From Chrysomallon squamiferum (taxonomy: Eukaryota; Animalia; Mollusca): a stretch of DNA of 64,000 bases. The notes beneath the pieces were generated by a model. The model had not been told where the DNA came from and ran no database searches. It saw only the letters and a list, made by a program, of their open reading frames with translations. Below are positions 53,899 to 64,000 of the stretch, piece by piece. Made by a program: the position numbers and the translations under genes. The stretch is from positions 26,164,001 to 26,228,000 of the forward strand of contig CM022670.1 in the NCBI GenBank assembly GCA_012295275.1, written 5' to 3'. Position 1 is the first letter of the stretch. Each line of letters starts with the position of its first letter.

Positions 53899-54049
53899 TG
53901 AAAAAAACAACAATATTCCTGTTCATATTCCTCTTCAAGTTCCAGTATATCTGGCATAATCATGTTTGGGACTGGCATTCTAAATTTTAAATATGAAGTT
54001 ACTTCATTGAATGTTCATTTCTAAAATATTGTTGAGTGAGTGAATCAAA

Positions 54050-54298
54050 TCAAGCCTTCTGTATCCATTTCCTTTTATTTTAGTCTGATCTGGAAATTTT
54101 TGTTTCACCAAAAGCTGCAGAAGACAAAATGAATTACTGTTCAGTATGTGAAATAAAACTTTCATTCAGTAACTAACTAACCAACTAAGTAAATACATAA
54201 GTAAATAATAAATAAATAAATATTAATGATGAGGGAGAGAGAGAAAGAGAGAGAGACTAAAGTGTAATTATCACAAGTGTAAGTATTTACCATTTAAT

Positions 54299-54330
<32 letters not shown>

Positions 54331-54952
54331 TAGGATTAACTAAAACATTACAGGGAAACTGATACTTTAGTTTTTAAGTAAAAGCAGATCAAGAAAAAAA
54401 AAAAAAGAACCCAAAAACAAAACAAACAAAAAGAAGCAAATAAATAAGTAAATACATAAATAAATATACATCTCAACAGTACTGAATTATTATAAAGATA
54501 TGCAAGAAGTCTTTAACTGTAAACATTAAATATTATTATTTACATACTTACATGACATGGAAGCCCACAGGACAAAGTCTGAACAAACAAACTTTGTGAC
54601 AGTGATGGACTGGCTTCAAGAAAACCTAAGATGATTAAAAAAATTAGCAAAAAAACCCAACAAAACAACAACAACAGTTAAACTAAAACTACAGGTAGTT
54701 GTTATTTTATAATCTGTTAACTGTAATAAATTTTATAGGCATTAGTGAATGAGAACAGAATTCAGTATTTTATAATGAAATATAAAACTGAACCACATTT
54801 GTGTCTGAAAAATTTCTCTACCTTGGGTTATTAACATTTATAATATCACAAACTGAGTTAACTTTTCTAACCATCACTACCTGTTTTAGTCTGATCCATT
54901 AGTTTTTATCTAACCAAAGGCTGCAGAAAATAGAGTGAATGACAATAAATGA

Positions 54953-55036
<84 letters not shown>

Positions 55037-55474
55037 CATTTATTATTTTACATTACATAAAATTAAACATTATAGAAAACATTTTAATTATTGAATTAAT
55101 ATGCCTTCCATCTTTTAAAAAAAAATTAATAAAGAAGTAAATTAGTAAATAAAGAAACCTCTAACTAGTTAAACTAAGTAACTAAATAAATAGATAAATA
55201 AACTGTGCTAAGGTTTTGATTGCTTTATGATAGATTTTCTTTACCTAGTTACAATATGAGTCATACCTTGTATGATGTGAAAGTCCAAAGGACAAATTCT
55301 TTACAAATCAGCTGGTCCATTTAAATCTGTCATCTCTTACATGTGTGAATTAAAGCCATCTCTGCAGTGAAGCATAGGATGGCTCATGGTAGAAATCATT
55401 AAAAGCAGTGATGGGCAGGTTCCACTGAAACATTAAACAATATTTTAAAAACAAATTTGTCCTGAATATTTTAG

Positions 55475-55510
<36 letters not shown>

Positions 55511-57325
55511 CTGTTAGGCTTAAATATAAACAATAGTAAATATTTACTGTTAAAAACTATTGCTTTTTTTTTAAGATTATAAATTTCATTTACAGTTACA
55601 CTTTGGACAGACGAATATCTTTATACTGTTATTTGAGTATCAATTTTCATTCTGTGTTTGATTAGAATAACAATTATAATTAGAAAATCATTAGTCAGTT
55701 CATGTCTATTGAGGCAAAGTCTAACAATACATGATAATTCATTATAGTAATTTCATTTACAATAACATTATATTATCCTATGTATGCATCAGGACATAAA
55801 CCAAATTTGGATAAGTCTAGTCGCTAAGAAAAATAGTCTGAATAGAGTAACCTTTCCTTGCAAAGTAGATAAAAAAATTAAATAAAGAAACCAATAAGAA
55901 AATATATACTAAAAAAAAAAAAAAAAACACCATCAAGCTAGATAAGAAAATAGCTAACTAACTAAATAAATACCTTATAAAATGTGATAATCCCCAAGAC
56001 AAGCTCTATCGAATGATTTAGTCCATCTAAATCTGTTATATCTGTGAATTAAAGATATCTCCCCAAATAATAACATAAGATAGCTGTTTACTGGCTTCAT
56101 TGAAATCAAAAAAATTTATAAACAAAATTTTAATTATCTGTAATGTATATTGTATTAAAATAATAAACAAACATAGAAACAATTCAGAGGTCCAAGCAGC
56201 CTTTATTTATTCAACTACCAACTCTATAATGCCCATTTATAATTAACAGTCAGCTGTTTTTTTGTTAGAACTGAACTACATGTATGGGTTTCGCTCTGGG
56301 TTAATCAGTATAGATCATATTATTTTTTGAAAATCTATTTTGTTTTGTTAGAATTACCATTATAATTATAAAATGATTACTCAGTTCATGTTTACAGAAG
56401 TAAAATCTAAAAGTTTATGACAATTTTATTTATAAACTATTAATTATAATATTGTATATTATACTGTCAGTGACAACAGTTATATTAAAATTGGTGTCCT
56501 GCAAACTATCACTACATGAACAGACACTAATATTTAACATTCTGTGAATAGTTACCTTTTCTTTCCACCACCACCTATTTTACTGTGATTTACTTTCTCT
56601 TTCACCAAAGGCTGAAGAGAGAAAAAGTAATTTTAATTATGCAAAATAAAACTTTTAGTATATAAATAACTAAATACATAATTACATATCAATGATGAGA
56701 GAGAGAGACAGACAGAAAGTCCAATACATTAATCTACGTTATAAAAAAAAAAAAAAAAAAAAAAAAATTTGGGGAAAAATATTATTGAATTATTATGTTT
56801 TCCATTTTAGTAAATAAATTAAAAGAGGAAAGAAACAAATAAACAGATGAATATGTAAATAAAAAACTCCACTAATTAGCTGCTATATCTAAAAAAAACT
56901 AATTAATAAACAGAAATGTGAATAAATAAATACATATTTTAAAAGGGCTTGTACCTTAGATTGTGATATGGTAAATTTTCTATAAAAAAAAATCTCAAGC
57001 TATAAACATTAAATATTTTAATTTATATACCTAATTTGAAGAAGATGTCCATCAGACAAACTCTGGACAAACAAGCTTGTCCATCTAAATCTGTCACAAA
57101 GAAATTAAAGATCTGATAGAAAGCATTAATGGCATCAATGGACTGGTGCCACTGAAAACTAAAATAATTCAGAAATAAAATAATTATTTAATTACTGAAA
57201 GTTTATGTTGCTTAAAAGAAAATGCAAAAATAAAGAAAGACATTTTTTTCAAAAATATTTAAATAAATAGAAATTTGATCAGTAGTATAGCTTCTTTATA
57301 TAGCAAATAACTTAAAAAATTAAAT

Positions 57326-57392
<67 letters not shown>

Positions 57393-58140
57393 ATATACAG
57401 TCAAAACAATAGTACAAAATAGTCTTTACAAATATTAAATGTTTTTATTTACAAACCATATATGAAGGACTATGTGTTATGACATCCATACATTTCAGAC
57501 ACTGAATATCATCCACAGAACAGACTCTGGACTAATAAGCTTGTCTTACATGGGTCAGTTAAAGATAACAATCCTATCTTTCATAGGATGGTTGTTGTTG
57601 GAAACCATTAACAGCTGTGATGAACTGGTTTAAATAAAACCTATATGAATTGATAAATAAATCAAATAAAAAAATATATATATATATATTTTTATAATTT
57701 AACTAAAAAACATAGTTAAATAATATTATTTAAATAATGTTTCTGTCTTTCAAACAAAAAAAAAAAAAAAAAAAAATTAAACAAAGAGTAAGCCTAAAAA
57801 CACAGTAATGCTAAAACATGAATACACAAACACATTTATACTCTTTCATAGGTTGTAGGTTCTTTGATATGGTTTTTAGTAAATTATTATATTCAGCATT
57901 CTAAAATAGTCTTCAGTGAATAAAGAATTATAAAAGTTTTATCAACATACCTGATATAAAGAACATTCTGAGAAGATGTTCCATAATTTTCATATGACAA
58001 ATTCAGGACAAATGAAGCTTTGCCTGGTACTAGACATAAAACTTTAGAGCTGTGTGAGTAAATCCATGAAATCACAAGGATCTGTCCGATTACTACTAAG
58101 TTTGCTCTAACAGAAACCATTGAAGGCAATGATAAAATAA
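54050..58140 (-). other. Array of decayed duplicates of exons 3 and 4 of the membrane-protein gene, mostly with intact splice sites
   Basis: Exon-3-like (cagC(C/T)TTTGG...) modules at 56611-56556, 54920-~54881 and 54114-. Mutually related exon-4-like modules at ~58135-57951, 57640-57492, 57151-57031, ~56100-55974, 55424-55267 and 54625-54552. Confidence 0.65.
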
Positions 58141-58275
58141 TTTGAATTTTTTTTTTTTAAATGAACGTTCAGATACACATGAAAGTTTATGTTATAGGAC
58201 TATCAACCTCTGACATTTTTTTCATCTATATCCTGAAGGAAACTAACAATATTTAATTCTTTACTAAGTCTCACT

Positions 58276-60549
58276 TTATCTGTTCTCAAAGTAATTAGAA
58301 CTGAAGACGGATGTAGGCAGTCCATATGCAACCTGGCGAGAATTGTTGTTGTTCTGATACCGAAGCACACGTGAATTGTGGTGATTGGTGTTGTGGTATC
58401 TGTTGTTGCCACTGGACCTTGGAACCAAAGCTTGTTGTCTGTATGGGTTATCCATTGGTTTCCGATTGTAATTTACGTCATAATAAGGAGCAGGGTAAGA
58501 GGGCACAGTAATTCCCTGTCTGACTTGATAGCCTGGTGGAGAGGCTCCGGGGTAATGATGGGGTGTGTACCGTGCTGGATGCCTCACTGGTGAAGGGTAA
58601 GTTGAAGGAAATGATGGACTTGGTGAACTTTCCTCATCAGGAGATGGTGACCTTGACAGAAGGGATCTCTGTGATTTTTTACTGCGATTTCTGGATCTTC
58701 CTTCATGGCGTAATTTCCGATTTTCATTTTTATCTTTCTTACGACTTTTTCTAAATTTTGATTTCTTCTGCTTAAAATAAAAAAAAATAAAAACCCATTT
58801 TAAAAGTCTGATACATATTTATATTTATATTAAAATAAGAGAAAAGATTTTTTATACCCCAATAGACCTACACTTGATCAAAGGTAAACTAGAATTAAGC
58901 ACTAGTTGGTTTTTGATAGAAATAAACTAAATGTATGGGTTTCACTACAGATAGATTGACAGAAATTATTACACTGTGGTGTTACAAGCTGTTACCAAAT
59001 CCTGACAAACATGAAAGGTATATGAAAATATAATAATTTCTTCTATAAGCTATTACTGTAACAAGTCTAATATTAATTTTATTAAACATCTGTGAAGCAA
59101 CATGTTCAGTGTATGTGGGCACAAACATAAGAGAACTAAGGCTGCAGCAGAAGAGTTAAAGTAAGGACATTATTCTCTGAGTTACCTTTTCCTTGCTCAG
59201 CTTCCCCATTGCTTTTTGTCTTTGTTTGATCCGTTGCTTTCTGTTTCGCCAAAGGCTGAAGATAACAGAAAGATATAACCATTATAATTACATGAAATAA
59301 AATAATCAGTGATTAACTAACTCGTATACAAATGAACAACAGATTAGATATCAAAAACAAGTGAGAGAAAAATTAGTTTCAGGGCAAGCAGACATTTGTG
59401 TTATAGGGGTGCAAAACTTTTATAAAATAGTTTACAGTGTTTAATATGTCATATTTAAACAAAATTTATGATTTGACTTTTTTGTTGTTTTGGTATATCC
59501 CATTTATTTTCAGTTATATAAATTAATATATCCTACTCTGAATGAAGTTTTTGCACACACTAAAATAGTTCTGTGTAAAACAAACACCTCTAAGGTATTT
59601 ATTTTAAGTATATTTACTTACTAGGTTGACATTATTAATGTAGTGATATTATTTATGCTATGCTTGTTCTTTGTGTTTCAGTTATACACATCACACATAA
59701 AATGGATAGGAAGAAAAGGAAACAGTTGTGTGTGACTGCAAAAGACAGTTAATGAAAGAAAGAGAGAGAAAGTAAGATATAGACTATCTGCATTCCAATT
59801 TATTATTATTATCATTATTATTTTGTTTTTATTTACACATGCCATTTTAATCTTTTTTGTGAATTTGATTTTCACTGCAAGTAAGGAACTGGAAAAATAA
59901 ATAAACATTTACTTACAGATAACACATAACAATTTGCTGAACACACAGAAACCCCAAAGCACTGAACATCACAATGGCAAATACCAGGTACAGATGATGT
60001 TTCCAACCTGATAAAAGAAAGATGTTTTTATTTTAAATTTTTTATCATCTCGTCTTGAGTTAAGATGGGTATCATAAATAAAAGTTGTTGTTCTGTTTAA
60101 TTACAAGTTTATTGTTTCAAAGTTTTGATAGTCTGTCTTAAAAACAAAAGCTTACTGATTGTAAAAATATTTGCCTTGTTGCATCTTATTAACACATATA
60201 TAACAGCAAATGATATTATTTAATTATATTAAGTAATTAAAGCAAATAATAATAATAATGCAAACCAATAAAGAATTAACTTTTCTATTGGTATATATAA
60301 TTTGTTCCTTTATCACAGAGTTTCTTGTACTGTCAGTACATCATAAAAATAACTAAAATATATGGTAAAACATTTTAGTTATAGAAATTAAATGTTTTTT
60401 TTATTCTACTGACCTGACGTAAAGAACTTTTTGATTTCGTTTTCCACATTATTTGTGGAGTTCTCTTTCAGAGCACGAGCTTGGTAGAATGGAATCTGAT
60501 CAAGAACCAGAATGATTATGAAGAACAACTGAAAGTTGCTTCGATTCAT
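58276..60549 (-). CDS. Uncharacterised type I single-pass membrane protein (about 262 aa)
   Basis: Exons 60549-60414, 60007-59917, 59255-59186 and 58767-58276 splice in phase (1,2,0). Architecture: signal-peptide-like MNRSNFQLFFIIILVLDQIPFYQARA, short ectodomain with an N-S-T sequon, TM segment LYLVFAIVMFSALGFLCVQQIVMCYLLW, polybasic juxtamembrane stretch, Ser/Pro region, Pro/Tyr-rich tail containing PPGY. Confidence 0.78.
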
Positions 60550-61237
60550 TCTGTAATTAAAGATGTAAGCAATAAGTTATTTTACAGTTTCTGTCTCATT
60601 AATAGCAGAGAAGTAGTAATTCCAGTTTAGCAGCATAATCAGTAGTTGAAGTACTGCTAGTAATGTTAGTTACGATAAATAATAGTAGTAGCAGTAGCAG
60701 TAACACACTAACAGCACTAGTAATAATACAAACAAAACTAACAATGGTCCCAGTGGCTATGGTAAATAGTATGTAATAGTAGTAGAAGTAGTAGCAGTAA
60801 TAGTAGTCACAATAGTAAGTAGTAGTAGTAACAATAGTAGCAGCAGAACTAGCGATACTAATAGTAATTCTTAAATACAAATTGTATACAGCAAAAGCAA
60901 CAATGTATCATGGTTAATAATATTAATTCTGATAAAGAAGCCTTTATAAGTAGTTGAAGTTAAAAAAAATCAAAAACCAAATTAAAATTTAGTCTTCAGT
61001 GAAAATATACTACTAAACAAAAACGCTAACAGTAACGAAATAACGAATGGTCAGAAACAAGCCTACACCGCCCAATTTCTATAATTTAGATCGTAATAGT
61101 AGATATAAACAAACTTATATTACGTCACAATAATAACAATAACAACAGCAATAATAATAAAATAATAAATTAAAATAAATACTTAAAATGTTGCCGATAA
61201 CGCTGTCAGCAAGAAAATCAACAACTGTGAACACAGT

Positions 61238-61492
61238 TGTAGAACAATTTGATGACGTCACGACCACCGGTTAACATTAAATAACTATAATAATTTAGGC
61301 CTTATGACTAGAGATCCTAAAACTTTTATCATATTATGATAAAAACAGAAAGAACAATAACAACAGTAAAAGCAGCGATTACAAAATAATTAATTAAAAT
61401 ACATACATGTATTTAAAATATAGCTAACAGCGTTAGACGCATCATGAAACTAAAAGCTTATTGGACAATTGTAGAACAATTTGATGACGTCA
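61238..61492. promoter_or_regulatory. Duplicated CRE/ATF sites (TGACGTCA at 61253-61260 and 61485-61492) in a divergent promoter region
   Basis: TTGTAGAACAATTTGATGACGTCA occurs twice, about 232 bp apart, between the membrane-protein gene and RPAP2. Confidence 0.55.
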
Positions 61493-61745
61493 TGTTTTAA
61501 CTAATATTACTTTTCGTAAAATGAATCGGAAATTGGCGATTATACGCGAAAATAAGAAATGTTGATGCAAGAGCTATAAAACACCTTTATTAATTATTAT
61601 AATGTGAAAAGATGTGTTAAAATACAATATATTGAAGTGAGCTGGGTTGGGATTTTGATATTATCTTTTTATTATTATTTTATTCCGAATCAGGGTTTCA
61701 AGTGGTGCGCTGATTATTGTGGGTAATTTACATTAAAAACATAAT

Positions 61746-61756
61746 CAAAATGGCGG
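61746..61756 (+). promoter_or_regulatory. YY1-type motif CAAAATGGCGG, likely near the RPAP2 transcription start
   Basis: Matches the YY1 consensus that is common just downstream of housekeeping-gene TSSs. Confidence 0.45.
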
Positions 61757-63041
61757 TGTACCTGGACTTTTCCGGATTTTGTTGTTTCATATTAATAAAT
61801 GGATTCTGAAGTTATCTTATAAATACAATTTTGTATTGACTACCTCTAACGATAATTGGTAATAATTTAAATCTAAACACATTTCCGACTTAAGAATCTA
61901 AATTTGAATCTGTTGTATTTAGCGATGATATAATTATAAATTTAAAATTACAATCCAGTGAATTGAGTGGTAACTTGTTCAAGTTGTTGTTTTCAAGACC
62001 ATGTTATCGAGCCGTAACCCTTTTAATTTCGTAGCTATAATTAGACCTGAAAAACCTCTTGCTTTGTCACTTAGAGTACTAAACTACTCTTGTTTTCCTT
62101 GAATGTTTTTTTTTTTTTTTTTTTTTTATATTTTAAATAAATTAATTCAAGAAATAATAATAATAATAAAAATTGGATATCATATCAGATGTGTCATAAA
62201 TATTGAGATATGCTCAGATAAGCACTGAAAATTAAATTCTATCATTTATTTCATTTTTCTGTGCATTTTAGTGTTGCTGGAGGTGGCTGTTAAAGTATTA
62301 TAAAACGAGCCCAGCCCCAGACAGTCAATATCTAAGGATAATGTTCTGAAGCTTTTCAAGTATACCATTTAAATGTTTTGACACGTGACATAATTATGTT
62401 AACAAACAAATAGTTTAGGTTAATAGTTAATTTCAAGTTATACTGAAGAATAAGTAATTAAAATGATAAAGAAAACAGATATTTGTCTATTTGATGTTAT
62501 ATAATATAAAACACAGCTCACCAATAATTAACAAATTGTCTGTTATGACTAAAAGAATGAAATAAAGATTTTACTGTTGTTGTTTTTTTGCTGATTTGTG
62601 ATAATAATATCTATAAGCCAACAAGTTTTAACAATTTAATCATTTTAAGCAACACAGTTGCAAATAAAATGAATGGCAACTTTGCCAAGTAGGAAGTGGA
62701 ATTTTGCCGATTGCAAGATCACTGGACACCAAGTCTTTTTATTTGATATTTGCTGTGACTTAAGTTAAATATATTTTTGTTTATTAGTATGTTGGAAATG
62801 ATCTAATGGATACATAGAGTAGTAACTTTATTCATGTAATTTTAAAAACATAGGGTTGAAGTTGACAGTCTTGGACTCATATGTTCATGTTGTGGGTTTT
62901 GTTAATTATTTTAATACTGGTGTACAATGTCTTTAATTATTGTTAACAGTAAGTAAAAGATAATTATTGTTCATTAAATGTTTAGTCTATTTAAAGGCAT
63001 TCTTCTCTTATTTGAGAAAGGTGATATTAGTTAATTTCAAA

Positions 63042-63167
63042 ATGGAGCAGAAACAGAAACTCGAAGAGTCGGTGAGGAAACGAATTACTGCAGAAGAACG
63101 AGCTTTCAAAGTAGTTCTCAGATTGATAGAAGAAACATCTGTATCTGAGGATTATTTGGCAGATGCA
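63042..63167 (+). CDS. RPAP2: RNA polymerase II-associated protein 2 (CTD phosphatase RPAP2/Rtr1), first coding exon; gene continues beyond the window
   Basis: MEQKQKLEESVRKRITAEERAFKVVLRLIEETSVSEDYLADA resembles the recalled human RPAP2 N-terminus ([32 protein letters not shown]). It ends at a GTAAGT donor. The window ends in a pyrimidine tract (...ttatattcca) consistent with the next acceptor. Confidence 0.8.
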
Positions 63168-64000
63168 GTAAGTTTTGGTGAAATTTTAACCTTTTTTACA
63201 AAGAAACCCAACAAAACAGTTGTTCATACTTCATTTCATATGCATCATACTTTAGTAAAAAGTAGTTGGATTCAGTTTGAGCTGGATTCATTTAGTAGAC
63301 ACATTATTTTGAAGAAATTATAATTAAAAACAACAACAATTGTTCACTCTTCATTTCACATAATTATATGAATTCAGTTTAAAGCTTGGGATCTTCAAAA
63401 TAACTTGAGGTAAACAGATTTTAATCATAGTTACTGGTGTTGTTATTTTTGTTAAATACAGATATAGTATTATTCTATCATAACGCAGACAAGTGAACAG
63501 TTGAGATTTTAATGTGCTAATGTCTGTTCATCCACAAGCACCAGTAAAGTAAAACACAGTGAAATGAACGTAACTAGTTAATTTGCCAAAGGAAAAAAAG
63601 GAGGATAAATAAATTACAGTCCAATTTAGAAAGGTAAAAGTTTAATCAGTATATAGGTGTTTGTAGGTAACAAATCCAGTTTAGGTAAAGCCCACATAAT
63701 TTGTTTTGTATCTTTTAGATGATTATGCATTTAAAACTTTAAAATATTTATTTTTTATTTTCTGATAAATGAGAAACAGTTAATAAGGAGATAAATATGT
63801 TTCTGATTTCATATCTTAAATTGATTATAATGGATTTAACACTATTTAATGGTTTTATATATAATAGTTTTTAGCATTTCATAGTAAATAGAAAATGAAA
63901 AAGCAAAAAAGACACATTAATATTTGTAGAATTTCGTGTTCTTGTATTGTTAAATTATTTTATATGTTTGTGTATTTTCTTTATTTACAATTATATTCCA

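Noticed and set aside
54050-58140. snoRNA-host-gene explanation for the non-coding exon array
   Set aside because: By eye I found no properly spaced box C (RTGATGA) and box D (CTGA) pairs in the introns. An Infernal/Rfam or snoscan search would be needed to exclude H/ACA RNAs.
61750-61809. ATGGCGGTG as the RPAP2 start codon
   Set aside because: The frame stops after 19 codons with no RPAP2 similarity. It is better read as a YY1 motif or a uORF.

Overview
AT-rich, intron-containing animal genomic DNA with very dense (AG)n/(AAT)n/(AAC)n microsatellites; the host cannot be identified from the window, though an invertebrate such as a mollusc is plausible. Most of the window (about 2.4-49.4 kb) is a four-gene cluster of kynurenine/alpha-aminoadipate aminotransferase (AADAT/KAT II)-like genes, whose exons I reconstructed by hand from GT-AG sites and reading phase. 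Three tandem minus-strand copies sit in ~13-kb duplicated units; copy 3 has a 1-nt frameshift. A fourth, more divergent plus-strand copy sits head-to-head with them. The plus-strand copy has an intact 427-aa ORF but its PLP-binding catalytic lysine is replaced by valine (DSFSVLLPSG). The minus-strand copies keep that lysine but have lost the N-terminal substrate-binding Arg20 equivalent, which the plus-strand copy retains. This reciprocal loss suggests an enzyme/pseudoenzyme pair. The cluster also contains MULE transposase relics, relic plus-strand exons, Tc1/mariner- and hAT-type MITEs, and a 50-bp intronic minisatellite that differs in length between copies. The right end holds an unrecognised type I single-pass membrane protein gene with a PPxY tail, followed by an array of decayed exon duplicates that mostly retain splice sites. 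It lies head-to-head with the first coding exon of RPAP2. Human AADAT and RPAP2 residue comparisons are from recalled sequences, not a computed alignment.
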